Below, in pieces: positions 61,971 through 64,000 of a stretch of 64,000 bases of DNA. Each line of letters opens with the position of its first letter. Positions within the stretch are counted from its first letter, which is position 1. The DNA is from a virus. Taxonomy: Duplodnaviria > Caudoviricetes. The notes under the pieces are model-generated. The model worked only from the letters and a program-made list of their open reading frames with translations, was not told where the DNA came from and ran no database searches. The translations under genes were made by a program, and so were the position numbers. The DNA lies in the IMG/VR virus record IMGVR_UViG_2974786931_000001, positions 64,001-128,000 of that record; one strand, 5' to 3'.

Positions 61971-63017
61971 ATGAGCATAAGAGCTACAGAAATAACGGAA
62001 TCCGCAATTAAATCTGCTGGTATTTCTACTTCTGCGGGTCAAGTAACTCAAAGCACGTCAATCAAAACCATACAGGCTCAGTTCCCAGCAGAACGAGCCT
62101 CTGGTAATGATAGTACTCTTGATTTACAGATTACAGATCTTTATAAAAATGGGCTGTTATTTACAGCCTATGATTTTACTAGTAGAACATCACCAGATTT
62201 AAGACAGAATAGAGCAGATATTCAAATAGCAGCACAGAAGAAACCTTCATCTATTTTTACTGGGACTAAAACAGTTCAACAAACGCCAGTTGCAAATATA
62301 TTGCTTCCAAGGTCTAAATCAGATGTTGATAATACATCTCATAAGTTTAATGATGTAGGTGAATCACTTGTAACACGTGGTGGTGGCAATGCAACAGGTA
62401 TATTAAGCAATATGGCTTCAACTGCTGTGTTCGGCGCATTAGAATCATTAACACAAGGTTATATGTCTGACCATGGAGAACAAATTTATAACACTGCCCG
62501 TAGTATGTATGGCGGTGCTGATAATAGACAAAAAGTATTTACCTGGGATTTAACACCTCGTAATGTCCAAGACTTGGTTCAAATAATCAAAATCTATGAA
62601 ACATTTAACTATTATTCTTATGGCCAAACAGGAACATCTAGTTTTGCTAAAGGATTAAAAGGTGATTTAGATACTTGGTATAAAAATACATTTTTGAAGA
62701 ACATGACTCCGGATGGTGCTAATTTAGATAATACAATGTTTGAACAAATTACATCATTTTTAACTAACGTTATAGTTGTAAGTAACCCGACAGTATGGTA
62801 TGTAAGAAACTTTGGCGCAACAAGTTCTTTTGACGGACGTGCTGACGTATTTGGACCATGTCAAATAGCTAGTATTAGATTTGATAAATCTCCTAACGGA
62901 CATTTTAATGGTTTAGCTATTGCTCCTAATTTACCATCAACATTTGTATTAGAAATTACATTCCGAGAAATCCTTACGCTTAACCGTAATTCATTATATG
63001 CTGGAGGTTTAGGTTAA
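61971..63017 (+). CDS. 48: gp48 baseplate tail tube cap
   Basis: AQFPAERASGND, ANILLPRSKSDVD, LEITFREI. Confidence 0.95.
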   Translation: MSIRATEITESAIKSAGISTSAGQVTQSTSIKTIQAQFPAERASGNDSTLDLQITDLYKNGLLFTAYDFTSRTSPDLRQNRADIQIAAQKKPSSIFTGTKTVQQTPVANILLPRSKSDVDNTSHKFNDVGESLVTRGGGNATGILSNMASTAVFGALESLTQGYMSDHGEQIYNTARSMYGGADNRQKVFTWDLTPRNVQDLVQIIKIYETFNYYSYGQTGTSSFAKGLKGDLDTWYKNTFLKNMTPDGANLDNTMFEQITSFLTNVIVVSNPTVWYVRNFGATSSFDGRADVFGPCQIASIRFDKSPNGHFNGLAIAPNLPSTFVLEITFREILTLNRNSLYAGGLG

Positions 63018-63955
63018 TGTACACATTAGATGAATTTAATAGTCAAGCGATTAATATAGACTTCCAACGTACAAACTTATTCAGTGTAGTCTTCGCCACA
63101 ACTCCAAGTAATAAAACTAGCCAAATACTTGATCAGTTTGGTGGATATCTTTATAATAGTTTGCCATTAGATAATGACTGGTTAGGAATAACTAGAGGCG
63201 AAGTAAACCAAGGCGTAACTGCACTAATCACAGCGGGAACACAACAGTTAGTTCGTAAATCAGGCGTATCGAAATATTTGATAGGAGCAATGAGCAATCG
63301 TGTTGTTCAAAGCTTATTAGGTGAATTTGAAGTAGGGACATATCTATTAGATTTCTTTAATATGGCATTCCCAACTGCCGGCTTAATGGTTAATTCTGTT
63401 AAGATGCCTGATAATACATTGCAGCATGAAATGGACCCTAATCATAATGCTCCTAACATTAAAATTACTGGCCGCGATTATGCTCCTCTTATTTTAACAT
63501 TTAGAATGGATTCTGACGCAAGTAACTTTAGAGCAATGCAGGATTGGGTGAACTCTGTACAAGACCCAGTTACAGGTCTTCGTTCATTACCGGAAGATGT
63601 TGAAGCAGATATTCAAGTTAACCTGCATAAAAGAAATGGCTTGCCACATACAGTTTCTATGTTTACTGGATGTATTCCTGTTTCAGTGGCTTCCCCAGAA
63701 TTAGCATATGAGAATGATAATACAATAGCAACATTTGATGTTACCTTTGCATATAGAGCTATGCAAATAGGTGCAGTAGGAACACAAGCTGCATTGGATT
63801 GGTTGGAAGAAAAAGCTATATTCAATATTGACAAGATTAATCCAGGTCAATCACTGAATTCATCTTTGGCACAACTAAGTAGATTAGGTGGCGCCAGGAC
63901 TGGTTTAGGTGGTGTTATTGGATTAGCTAGTGGTTCAAGTTCTAGATTGTTATAA
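63017..63955 (+). CDS. 54: gp54 tail tube initiator
   Basis: MYTLDEF, DFQRTNLFS.VFAT, DWVNSVQDP.TGL. Confidence 0.95.
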   Translation: MYTLDEFNSQAINIDFQRTNLFSVVFATTPSNKTSQILDQFGGYLYNSLPLDNDWLGITRGEVNQGVTALITAGTQQLVRKSGVSKYLIGAMSNRVVQSLLGEFEVGTYLLDFFNMAFPTAGLMVNSVKMPDNTLQHEMDPNHNAPNIKITGRDYAPLILTFRMDSDASNFRAMQDWVNSVQDPVTGLRSLPEDVEADIQVNLHKRNGLPHTVSMFTGCIPVSVASPELAYENDNTIATFDVTFAYRAMQIGAVGTQAALDWLEEKAIFNIDKINPGQSLNSSLAQLSRLGGARTGLGGVIGLASGSSSRLL

Positions 63956-63962
63956 ACCCCGA

Positions 63963-63987
63963 AAGGAGCCTTGCGGCTCCTTTTTTT
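63963..63987 (+). terminator. Intrinsic terminator after gene 54
   Basis: AAGGAGCC-TTGC-GGCTCC-TTTTTTT. Confidence 0.9.
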
Positions 63988-64000
63988 GTTTTAGTGACCT

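Overview
This 64-kb window is AT-rich DNA from a T4-like myophage (Straboviridae/Tevenvirinae). Positions 1-18.8 kb are mostly minus-strand. They hold the variable region vs, vs.1, regB, vs.4/acb2, vs.8, ipIII, denV, ipII, lysozyme e, nudE, an e.x-like accessory block, and a tRNA/ncRNA cluster (Gly-TCC, Trp-CCA, Arg-TCT, Ile2-type CAT, an RNA C-like RNA), followed by 57B/acb1, 57A and genes 1, 3, 2, 4. Positions 18.9-64 kb are the conserved virion block in T4 order: 53, 5, 5.1, 5.4, 6-12, wac, 13-20, 67, 68, 21-24, rnlB, 24.3, hoc, inh, uvsW, uvsW.1, uvsY, 25, 26, 51, 27-29, 48, 54. A Hef-like endonuclease is inserted between 23 and 24. The four-tRNA set resembles Yersinia Tegunavirus phages as I recall them (inference only). 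The most striking unexplained element is an array of four small acidic paralogs ending in W-x-S-S-x(1-3)-C directly upstream of a two-domain Pol-beta-type nucleotidyltransferase (5.6-7.6 kb), a candidate phage peptide/protein-modification system. Other notable items are eight proteins with capsid-targeting-like N-termini showing domain shuffling, several unannotated structured RNAs, a passenger-less YadA-type autotransporter, and a PspA-like gene with three F-[IV]-x-x-C-R-tailed neighbours. All family assignments are by recognition from memory; no database searches were run.
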